Assembly: GCF_041956535.1 (NCBI RefSeq)
Contig: NW_027192215.1
Location: 124,001 to 188,000 of the forward strand
Length of the DNA stretch: 64,000 bases
DNA from: Calcarisporiella thermophila CBS 279.70
Lineage: Eukaryota > Fungi > Calcarisporiellomycota
Direction of reading: 5' to 3'
A model generated the notes under the pieces. That model saw only the letters and a program-made list of their open reading frames with translations, was not told the DNA's origin and did not search any database. Below are positions 11,607 to 22,073 of the stretch, one piece after another (within the stretch, counting starts at the first letter, position 1; the number at the start of each line of letters is the position of its first letter). Made by a program: the position numbers and the translations under genes.

Positions 11607-13270
11607 GGTTGGCTTGCTTACGAGGGGTTGGAAATGCAGGGGAAGGGGAGGTGTCCAGGAGGAGTGATTTATACACTCGAGGAAGCATCAACTGGGAGCC
11701 ACGATCAGAAGCCTCAACATCACTTCCAATTCACGCTCGGATCCTATGCAATTGCGATTTCGACCACATGCGCACCTATAAATAAAGCTGCCACCAACAG
11801 CCCTGGTTTGATCCAAATTCTTGTGATAGCTGGTTGAGACTCTGTTATGTATCTCTGCCCTTTACGTTTGCCACCTCACATGATGCACATGGTGGTTTTC
11901 CAAGATAAAAAAACAGTCTAATAATGAATGCGCGTAGAAGTTATCAATTATACTGTTGATTGTTTTCCATCATGTGGCTCGATTTTTCTTAAACACACAT
12001 TGAATGGCGCCCTTTGCTAGTAGATATATTCACCTCCATTTCTCTTATATTCTTATATCTTCAGTGCTTTGAATCCTTAGAAAGGAACCAAGAATATTTA
12101 TCCTCTATTAATATACTTAAACCATAACTCTAATAATAAGAAATTATCGCTGGTGAAGATCAGGATATCCATCCTTTATTAAAAAGGGAGTAAAAACTTG
12201 CCGTGTTTATAAGGATAGAGTTGAATCGTTTACGTAAATAAAAATAAAACATTTGCTATGCTTGCTTGAAAAATTGGTTTCAGTGGCATGAATGGCTGAC
12301 CAAATTGATTCTAGGTGTAGACCAGCCGCGCATGCTTAAGTGATTGTGGACGGTTACTCTTTATACGACAAGACTAGACCTGGCTCAATTCTCCGGGCTG
12401 ATTGAAATGACTCGATATGATAACACATATCTCATTTTACCAGATGCTCTCTTCACCAATCCATTTTATGTATGCTTGGAATAGTATATACAGAAGTGTA
12501 TGGCTACGAAGGTCCAATATTACCTATGAACAATACCGTAGTACCATAACTCCGGACAAATGAGGGCTGCAAAGGTGTTAGCACGTGATAAACAAAGGGT
12601 CCTGCTATGCCCCTATAGTGCATACAACCTGTGCCCCTAATGTCAGATTAAATTCCTCTTGAGGCCTTCACAGTCTGAAAGTAGAGATATCTAGCGCAGT
12701 TGATGAAATACTCGAGTAACAGTAGATATTCGCGTTGCAAGATAATGGGGAGACGCTCTGTGCGTTAATTAGATGAGATGGATATGAGCATGTGTGGACT
12801 CTTTAACTTGATTGATGGACCCCAACTACTTAAATATCATTCGATGGCTAGATGGCCAACGACGATTGCGTCATTGAACCTTCGCCCCGAAATGACAAGT
12901 CGCGATTCTGAAGTGGTCTACGCAACATATGATTAGAATAGAGTAGGGTTTACATTGTGTGTGTTAATAGGATATCGTGTGGCAAGTGTAAGTCATGAGC
13001 TCACAAGTTCAAGTAGACCTAGTTGCAATATTGTAACGAATAACCATATACAAGTTTGGCAGGTTGGGAGGTTTTCATCTGTGTAACGAGTCGCTGTAAG
13101 GATACCTTTATGGAGATGTGTGTATTAGTTATATAATATTGCCCCTATTTGGAAGATTGTCAAAGTCCTCTCTCTTACTTCATTCTAAGTAAGCTGATGT
13201 CACGGAAGCGCATCCTCCAAGGCTGGAGATACGATCTCTTGGCAACTTGCGGCTAGTGAACTAACATCTC

Positions 13271-13339
13271 AAGCGCCGGGCAAAGCTTTTCCCCTATCAT
13301 TATAATATAATGATAGGGGAAAAGCTTAGCCTGACGCTT
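13271..13339. repeat. 69-bp inverted repeat / hairpin
   Basis: Arms aagcgccgggcaaagcttttcccctatcattata and tataatgataggggaaaagcttagcctgacgctt are 34 bp each around a single central A. The inner 22 bp pair perfectly and the outer 12 bp have 3 mismatches. Confidence 0.95.
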
Positions 13340-13977
13340 CCTACTCTCCCATCGAATTACTGACATTATTGAGAAAGGCAAAAGAATGAGCAGTCACAGA
13401 AGAGGCTCTGCTAAAGACTAAGCTTTCTCGAGTAAAGCTATCTATGATGTCTCTTGAATTATTCAGCAGTCAAACTTTAGAAATGGAAGCTTAGGATTGA
13501 CGGTTGTACAAGCAGTCCAAATTGACCTCGAGCGGGGAACTACAGCTTGGCTGCCGCATAGGAGAGGGGTATACGTCGAGTGTATTTTTCGAAAATGTGG
13601 GCTCCGGCTGCTCGCATTATTCAGCGAGGGCGAATTCAAGGGCTCTGCAGAGGAAAAAGGAAGACGACAAGAACTTGGACGCCATGCCGTTGTAGACTCG
13701 ACTCTTCCTGTTTAAGAACGGGTGGACCAGTGTTAGTCCCAATTTCAACAGGAGGACAGTCAATATGACTGGGGAGAAAAAGTTTTAGCCGGCTAACACT
13801 CCCTAGCAAACGAGTGGCCCAAGCACTTAAAAAAAACAATTATTAAATATTACACAATTCGGTCTCTCTGATACGTAGTCAGACATAGTCAGACTCCATC
13901 CATAAATACTCTTGGAGGTGTGTGGAAAATTTTTTATCTTCTTCTCCAGTGCGATCTCCCCCTGCCTCCTCCCACCG

Positions 13978-15520
13978 ATGGCCCAGAAATCCGAAGGTAA
14001 GCTCTAGCTTCCTTGACCTGCAGCCGATCGTCGCCCTGACCCTTGATCCATTTGGAATTAGAAACCCTCAGCGTCCCCGACCTGGAGAAGGCCGATGACA
14101 AGCAGCTACACCCGCAAGATCTCCCCCCTGACGGGGGCAGAGGCTGGGCCGTGGTGGTTTCCGGCTTCATCGTCAACCTCGTGGTGTTTGGCCAGTCCAC
14201 CATCTTCGGTGTCTATCAGGAGGAGTATACCAAGGTTTACCCGGAGACCCCCATTCTCCAAATCACCTTCATCGGCGGGCTGAACCTAGGCCTCATCTTT
14301 TTACTAGGCCCGCTGGTGGCGCCGATCGTCTCGAAGATCGGCTATCGCATCCCAATGCTGTTCGGGTCCGTTGTCCTGTCGCTGGGCCTTGCCCTTGCCA
14401 GCCTTGCCTCGCAAATCTGGCACCTCTTCTTGACCCAGGCTGCCCTCTTTGGCATCGGCTCGTCCTTTCTCTTCTTGTCCTCGATCGGCCTGGTGCCCCA
14501 GTGGTTTAATAAGCGCCGTGGTCTGGCTGTGGGCATATGCACGGCCGGAAGCGGGGTGGGCGGAATTGTCCTGGCTCCCTTCCAGCGCTACCTCATTAGC
14601 CGACTGGGCATGGCGTGGTGCATGCGGGTGATGGCTTTTGTGTTTCTGGGCCTATGTCTAATTGCCACCCTGCTGGCTCGGCCAAGGATCTCTGCCGCAC
14701 AGCGGAAACAGGCTAATAAGTCTTTTGATCTCTCCCTCTTGCGGCTGCCAGGATTCCTGAGCTTCATTGCATTTTCATTTATGAACATGTTCGGGTACTC
14801 CCAATCATTCTTCTTTTTGCCAAGTAAGTCCACCGTCTCAACTCGATGCTGTTGTCCATTAATGTAAACAATACTAATGATGTTCCCTTGTCACTTCCAG
14901 CCTACGCCACCTCCATAGGCCTTACTCCTGAGGATGGAGCTTTGTTTGTGGGGTTGATGTGTGGAATGAATGCCATCAGTAGAATTCTCTGTGGCTTTCT
15001 CGGGGATCGCTTGGGTAGAATCAACATGCAGTTTATCTTTGTGTTCCTCTCGGGTCTCACCTGTCTCTTCATTTGGAATTTTGCCAAATCCTATGGTGCC
15101 ATGTTGGCATTCAGCCTGCTTAATGGTGTTACGGGAGGAGCGTTCTGGGGGCTAACTCCCACCGTAGTTGCAGAGATAGTGGGTATGTACTGTCTTTTTG
15201 TTTTCACCTCGGTTCCTTTCAAGCGGCTTGACGGACGTGCTAATGGCTTACTTCTCTCCCCCTCTCCTCTTTCCCCTCTCCCCTTTCCCCTCTCCCATAC
15301 AGGGATTGACAAAATTGGCTCAGGCCTCAGTATTGCCTACCTGTCCATCGTGATTCCATTTGTGTTTGGGGGGCCTGTGTCCGCGGCGCTGCTGCAGTCC
15401 ACCAATCCGCCCTCCTACGTACCCCTCATCACCTTTACCGGATTGGCGCTTTCTGTCGGATCTCTATTTTTAATTCATACCAAGCTGTGGAAGAACCCGA
15501 ATATCCTCGCCAAAGTGTAA
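13978..15520 (+). CDS. MFS transporter, monocarboxylate porter (MCT/SLC16, Mch-like) family; 4 exons
   Basis: PPDGGRGW N-terminal signature, QWFNKRRGLAVGICTAGSGVGG and GFLGDRLGR. Introns at about 13997-14061, 14824-14900 and 15183-15302. Confidence 0.93.
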
Positions 15521-15616
15521 AATATCACCTCTCATCACCAAGACCGCTACTATTTATATGCAATGTACTACGATAATAGAATAAAAGCATTTTATTTTAG
15601 AATTGTATAACAAAAG

Positions 15617-16708
15617 CTAGTATCCCGTGTGTCGCTTGGGTGATCGCGAGAAGACGCGTTCCCAATCCACCACATCCCAAAATCTCTCCACATAGGCCTG
15701 CCGCCCCCTGACGCCATAGTCGGTGAAGTAGGCGTGCTCCCAAAGACTCAACGCGAGCAGGGGGGTGCGGTATTCCTGGTCGCGGAGATAACCTGGCGTA
15801 TCCTGCAAGATGCTGTTGAAAGAGGAGATGAAGGGGGAAAGGGTGTCGTTGCTCTCGGCGTTGCTGGATTTAGTCTCCCGCGAGGCCTTGGATGGAGTGG
15901 GGGCAGGACGGGGCCGATCAGGGGTTCCTGCGTTGTAGGTATTCATGATTCTAAGGTGGCCATGCTCATCTTCTACAAGCCTATGGTGAAAGGGAGAAAA
16001 AGTGGGTAAGGTCATGGAGGCCCGGGGAGAGAATGAACTAAGAAGGGTCTATACCAAGTCCACCCGCTGCCAAATAATGAGAGTGCATGATGCGTGAACT
16101 AGAATCAATCAACAGCATTAGTCTATATTGGGGACGGCACTAACACACTCTACTCACGGTTTGTTTAAACAGTTCTATACTTTTGAAATCCTCTATGATC
16201 CGCGCCTGTAATTCTGGCCGCAGTTCTTTTGGCTCTGGTGTCTAGTGAGAGAGTAGAGAGTGAATTGGTATGACTTGGGGCCGAATTAATCTCTGAAAGA
16301 TATTCACCAGTGATCTCAAGAAAAAGTCGTTATTCCAAATCTGTGATGCCACGTTAAAGATATGTGCAAGTGAGGGCTGGTGAGAGCATTTCTGCACAAG
16401 CTCTTGAACCGATAAGTTCTCCTCTTTGGTATCTAGATCAAGGAATGAATTTGCCATGTTAGCCTAGGGGCGGGGAAAGATTCTTCTCCAGTAATCCAGT
16501 TCCAACCTTTTAGAATGCCGTTCAATTTCTCGACGAGCTCTGCTTGATGCTCCTCCCATATGGTTCGAAGTGCGGTTGACGAAAAGAGAGGAGGGAGTCC
16601 CTGTGCTGGATCATAGGGGAGCGCAGTGAGCTGATGCCGGAAGCGCCTTGTCGATACTACCGGCGAGCGCCTGAAGGTACGCAGTGTGAAGGCAAGTGGG
16701 CGTAGCAT
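15617..16708 (-). CDS. Fe/Mn-SOD-fold protein lacking metal ligands; probable mitoribosomal small-subunit protein (mS42/mS43, Rsm26/Mrp1 type); 5 exons
   Basis: Arg-rich mitochondrial presequence and SOD-like motifs LPYD, FGSGWTWLV and WEHAYFTDY. Ligand positions are altered: WEEHQ, QIWNND (normally NH) and SLWEHAY (normally DxWEHAY). Confidence 0.8.
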
Positions 16709-17037
16709 TAGCGTTCTCGGTATGGGTGGAATCGATCGCGTTTCCCAGTGTCGAGATCCCTCTAAGTTATGTTTATTTTTCGTCGGGATTCGAGGTGTGG
16801 CTTGGAGAGAGTCAACCTAAATTCTATTCAAGATAAAGTATATTGGAGCACAGACCCATCGCTCTCTTGTCTTTGAAACTCGGATGAACATTAAGGTAAA
16901 GGTTAGAGTTTCCATTATCATTTTTATAGAGTTTGTTCAAGCGTTGGCTAAGTTGGCTAGCTCACTAGATCCGAAACGAGCTCAATTTGAGAGAAAAGCG
17001 TTCAAAGTGTTCAATTTACAACTCTGGGGTTGTTCAC

Positions 17038-17565
17038 NNNNNNNNNNNNNNNNNNNNNNNNNNNNNNNNNNNNNNNNNNNNNNNNNNNNNNNNNNNNNNN
17101 NNNNNNNNNNNNNNNNNNNNNNNNNNNNNNNNNNNNNNNNNNNNNNNNNNNNNNNNNNNNNNNNNNNNNNNNNNNNNNNNNNNNNNNNNNNNNNNNNNNN
17201 NNNNNNNNNNNNNNNNNNNNNNNNNNNNNNNNNNNNNNNNNNNNNNNNNNNNNNNNNNNNNNNNNNNNNNNNNNNNNNNNNNNNNNNNNNNNNNNNNNNN
17301 NNNNNNNNNNNNNNNNNNNNNNNNNNNNNNNNNNNNNNNNNNNNNNNNNNNNNNNNNNNNNNNNNNNNNNNNNNNNNNNNNNNNNNNNNNNNNNNNNNNN
17401 NNNNNNNNNNNNNNNNNNNNNNNNNNNNNNNNNNNNNNNNNNNNNNNNNNNNNNNNNNNNNNNNNNNNNNNNNNNNNNNNNNNNNNNNNNNNNNNNNNNN
17501 NNNNNNNNNNNNNNNNNNNNNNNNNNNNNNNNNNNNNNNNNNNNNNNNNNNNNNNNNNNNNNNNN
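17038..17565. other. Assembly gap (528 N)
   Basis: Run of N in the sequence. Confidence 1.
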
Positions 17566-18246
17566 TTCATTAAATTTGTCGAGGAACAGAAGCATCATAA
17601 GGGGTACCCCCTAGGTAGAGCACTCTGGATGATACTTTAGTGTGTCAACAGGCGAATCCGTCAAAAAACTGACTACTCAAATTGCCGAAAGAAGCTCTTC
17701 TGAAACTTTCCATGGTCACAGATGTATCATTCTTTCATCTAGAATATGATAGAAGGTCAATTTCGGCATAGTAAGCGACCCATAAAGAGTCCTATGCTAA
17801 CTGCATCTTTGTGCTTTTTTCATAGTAAATTATATTAGCCATTCTCCGGTTCTTAGCGGAAAAAGGCTCCCCAACATGTCCATGTCTGTGAATTCAGAGA
17901 AAATCCCTCGGAAGCCTAGACTCTAATTTTCAGTGTGTTCATGTTCCATCCTATGCCTCCGCATCTTTCAAAGGATTCTTGATATAGTTTTCTTATACAT
18001 TGGCAAGTAGAAAGTTACGAGCGCAGGATGATGATCATAGCAATGAGCCACGCTAAAGTGTACACTATATTAATTCCCGTACCGCTAATACATAGAGAAG
18101 AAAAATGAGCGTACGGGGTATAAAGCACAAAGAAATATGCGTAAAGAAGAGAGAAAAAAGTGAAGAGGATGGCGGGGAACTGAGGAGAAGAAAAATACAG
18201 GGTATGGGCGTCCAATGAACAAGAAATATATACACATGGAATCGAT

Positions 18247-18942
18247 TTAACGGCTCTTGGCAGCGGCAGTCGGCCGTGCGCCTTTGGCTTGTTGCTTTGA
18301 CAGCTTGGACACATTTTTTTGCGCAGCCTAGAGCGAAAAGAATGGCATGGGTGAATATAATTCATCTACTTCGATCGAGTCCCGTGGCACTCGCCCTCTC
18401 CGTCTTCTTCTTTGCAGCCTCTATTTTCTTCTTCTCCTTCCCTTCCTTGATTGCCGCTTGTCTTGCCGCAAGACGCGCCTCAGGTTTCTGATTTTTCTTT
18501 GCTCGGATTGCCTCCAATGAAGCACCAACAATGACGCGTTGGTGCTTTACCATCTTGCGGGTGCGTTTCTTGGCCACCTCCACCGTGATGCCTTTTTTGT
18601 GCATGCGACGATAGACCACAGTCCAGGCAATCTTACGGGGATTGAGGCGTTGATGGAAGTATGAGTCTACTTTGCCATTGATAAAATGGAAAGGCTACGC
18701 GGAATGAAAAACCGATGAGTGTGTACAGAGGACATACGGATTAAGGCTGTTGTACCTTGCCGTCCGGGCGGATAAAAAGCTTGCCCTTTCCGGGGTAGAT
18801 TCGGTATCCAGAGAAATGGCACGTTCAGTCCTGTAGGACGCGTTACAGTGAAGGATGAAATTAGCACGGGTTCAATGTCTTGAGCTCTTGTCTCAAAGAA
18901 GTCGATGGGAAATGCCCGGAGGAGCTCCTATAGATACTTCAT
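18247..18942 (-). CDS. RPL24: 60S ribosomal protein eL24; 4 exons, with an apparent 1-nt deletion in exon 2 and a GC-AG last intron
   Basis: Exons are 18942-18938 (ATGAA), 18830-18756 ([22 protein letters not shown]), 18694-18395 ([19 protein letters not shown]...[17 protein letters not shown]) and 18327-18247 (SKQQAKG...AAKSR*). Confidence 0.92.
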
Positions 18943-19121
18943 CGCGTGTAGAATGGATGGATCCTAGCCCTGAGTGCAGATGGTATTCGAGATGGATGGA
19001 TTCCTACTGCCTAGTTATGCTCTCTAACGAAGTCGGAGCCTGGTTTAACTACCCTCAACAGTGCCTGCAATTCGCGAATGATTTAGGTCGTGGAGGCAAC
19101 TAGGAAAACAAACGAGCAACC

Positions 19122-19724
19122 ATGGGCAAGCAACAGAAGGCCCCCAAAGGGGAGCGACGCATTGACAACAAGGAGGCCTACCATCGTATGAATTTTCTCC
19201 TTCAGGCCTCTGCCCTTATGTCTACCTCTACAACCGCCATTCGTCCCGCCTCCTCCTCCGGTCCTGCAAAGTCGTCCAATGAAGACGGCAAGAACGTGGA
19301 TTTATCACCACTGGGGCGCTTTTATACGCACACCATGAAGTCCGTGGGACGGCGCCTAGTTATTCGAATGTAAGTGTAGTATTTTGGGCGCCGGTTATAG
19401 TCAATCCCTAAACATCGAGGTGAATTTAGGGATCCATCGGTGAAGCGAAGCATATGTAAGCGATGTGACAACACACTCATCCCCGGGCATACTTCAAGCG
19501 TACGGGTAGAGAGTAAGTGAACTTTTTTTTTCCCAGTGCGAGTGGAGACTAATGGGAACGGATGTGGATTAGGCCGACCACGACGACTAAACCACACGTG
19601 CCTTTTCTGCAAAGGAGAAAAAACCTTGCTTGCCCGGCCCGAATATACCCTGTTCACAGAGCGAGAAGAGGTGGTTGTGAAGGGCAGCACAGCCGCCCCC
19701 CCCTCTCGCCCAGGTGGGCAATGA
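19122..19724 (+). CDS. RPR2: RNase P/MRP subunit, Rpr2/Rpp21/Snm1 family; 3 exons
   Basis: RMNFLLQAS, RM|DPSVKRSICKRCDNTLIPG and a second CxxC (TCLFCK), together forming the zinc ribbon. Confidence 0.88.
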
Positions 19725-19817
19725 AAATGTATAATCCTGTGTACACTATATTATCTTATTTATAATAAAATTTCCATGGTGTAATATATCCAATGTCAAG
19801 CGATGACTAGCGACCAT

Positions 19818-20725
19818 CTACTCGTAGTGCTCGCCCTCCGGCTTCGCCGCCGGATCCAGCCCCATTGACTTCATTTTGACCGCGATTTCAAACAGATAGT
19901 CATAGCACTCACACATCGTCTTTGCCTTCTCCCACGTCTCACCCCACACATAGACGCCGTGGCGCCGCACCAGCACCGCACATGTGTCGGGGTAGCGTTC
20001 CATGGCCACCGCCATTCGTTCGGTGAGGTCCTCCTCCTCAGGCGTGTTCTCAACGATGGGTACCACGAGGGTGTCAAAGTAGCGGAGGTTGGTGCCCGAT
20101 GTCCCCCGCCTAATACCCTTGATCATCTCTATCAGAAGGCACAGTAGAATGCATGTTAGGCGGAACCATACTCTCTTCTGCAACCATCTGGTGCCCTCTA
20201 CCTTGATGGGTAATCTCAAAGGTTTCACCGGGGTACAATAGCGTCGCCATCACAGCGTTTTGCGAGTGGGTGTGAATGCAAGCTTTGGCTGCACGCATGG
20301 TGTAGGCATTATAGAAGAGGGGAGTGCATGCGGAGGGCTTTAGAGAGGGCGGCCGCCGGATGACCTCTCGATTGTGGAGCCGAAGCACAAAGAGATCTTG
20401 CGGTTTAATTCGCTCTTTTTGGACGCCCGAGGGCGCGATGTAGACATGCTCACTATAGGGACATCGATGTGAAAAAAAAGGCGTGGAGCAGGAAAAGATG
20501 GAGATAATACTTACTCTTCCCGGATACTGATGCCTCCTCTGTGTCCGTGAGGGATTCGGGCAGCAATGAACATGAATTAGATTCTTCGGGGTAGCCAAAG
20601 GGGGTACCGATGAATTCTTACCCGGTGCCAGTCACCCAGCCGAGCTGGTAGAACAGCCGGCACAGCTCAGGAATGAGATTGGCCGGGTGGTAGGGGTCGC
20701 TGGACACGCACAATTCGTCCGTCAT
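19818..20725 (-). CDS. MDE1: Methylthioribulose-1-phosphate dehydratase (MtnB/APIP; methionine salvage); 4 exons
   Basis: [54 protein letters not shown] and [10 protein letters not shown]. Confidence 0.96.
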
Positions 20726-20916
20726 CTCGTTCACAAAGGTTGTTCAAGGATGGTAGAGAAGGGGGGTTCGGGACAGAAAATCGTGCGATTTGCAGAGGAT
20801 CAGGAACCAGAATAAACTTCGTGACTGCGTTTGAGCACGTTTTTTCCTAGCGAGAACGGCTGGGGATTGGCGTCTAGGATAGCGTACAAATCTTTATTCA
20901 CAACAACAGGAGAGAG

Positions 20917-22073
20917 TCAGAAAAGAATCGAGGGGGAGTATTCAGTGAAGGGGTTATATGCCGGCAACAACAAAGTAGGGGGGGGTGCAGGAGGCGGGAG
21001 CGCGTACTGATAGACAGGTATAGAGTGGCAAGGGGGGGGAGGCACGACAAGGGTGGGTAACTTGGCTCTCGCCTCCTGCGGTTTTGTATTTACACGGCCT
21101 CCATAGATCTCGGTGAGCATCGGCTCCGCATCGGGGGTGGGGAGGGAGTCGACCGCCGGCTGCGCTACGGCGGGGGATGGTATATAGCAGCGCGTTGTCA
21201 TCGATAGCGGGGGAGGGGTGTAGGGCGACATCGCCGAGCTTGGGGTGGAGGCGGGGGAGTCGATGGGCGAGAGGGCGTCGTGGTGCTCCTTGACGCCGGC
21301 GACAGTCCGCGCTCCCAGGCCGCCCGTGGCGCTGCAAGCACTCAGCGACACCGTCTGAGCCTGCGCAAGCAGGAGCTCGCGCCACCGCACGAACACGTCT
21401 GCGCCGACAAAGAGCCGGTACCCGATCAGGCGGAGAAAGTCCATCTCCATCTGGTTGACCTCGCGCACGGGCAGCCCGACGATGCGGGCCCATGCGCGGT
21501 TCGAGTAGTTGCGGTCCTGGTGGAACTTGTTGGCCAGGATGAGGGCCGTGACCAGCATGCGCCGGCCGCAGCGGGGGCGGATGCTGGTGGATGCGAGGGG
21601 GGGGTTCGCGGTGTCCAGGTAGCCCTTAGCGCGGAAGAGGTAGAGGAGGGCGAGGACGAATGTGGAGGCGGTGGTTTTGGAGCGGCGCAGGGCAAGGTGG
21701 ATGAAGGCGCGGGTGGGGAGGAGATTGGAGGATGGGGGCGCCGCCACAGGCCAAACGGTGGAGATCATGATGGCGGCGATGTCTAGAGAGGGCAGCAGAG
21801 ATGATGAGCATGGGAGCGAAGGAGGAGGTGGGCGCATCCAAGACCATCATCCCCGAACTTACCTATGAGACTAGAAATTTGCAGGTGGGATATTGCGGGT
21901 TCATCGTCACCATGGAGAGCAGATTGCTTAGCGATGGGGATGCCTGCCTTTCTCTGCAGCGGATTGTAGCGAACATTTCTTCGCGATGTTCGGCAGGCCA
22001 GCGAGGGCGGCTCGCCCAGGGAGGCATTGTGGGGATGGGCGGAGAGGTTAGCTCGTAGAGCGGGAATGTACAT
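20917..22073 (-). CDS. Pho80/Pcl-family cyclin (Clg1/Pcl5-like); 2 exons
   Basis: Cyclin box LRRSKTTASTFVLALLYL...CGRRMLVTALILANKFHQDRNYSNRAWA...VNQMEMDFL. The intron is at about 21862-21783 (GTAAGT...CTAG). The tail is Pro/Ser-rich (PEST-like). Confidence 0.9.

Noticed and set aside
13497-13839. Cluster of 62-72 aa ORFs upstream of the MFS gene
   Set aside because: Near-cognate starts, no motifs and mutual overlap make them consistent with chance.
15617-16708. Active Mn/Fe superoxide dismutase
   Set aside because: The metal-ligand His/His/Asp positions are substituted.
16884-17640. ORFs of 178-229 aa containing X runs
   Set aside because: They are artefacts of translating through the N gap.
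18824-18830. In-frame TGA before the conserved Cys of RPL24 as a possible selenocysteine or readthrough codon
   Set aside because: Exon 1 (ATGAA, phase 2) does not enter that frame, eL24 is not a known selenoprotein, and I saw no SECIS. A 1-nt deletion explains it better.
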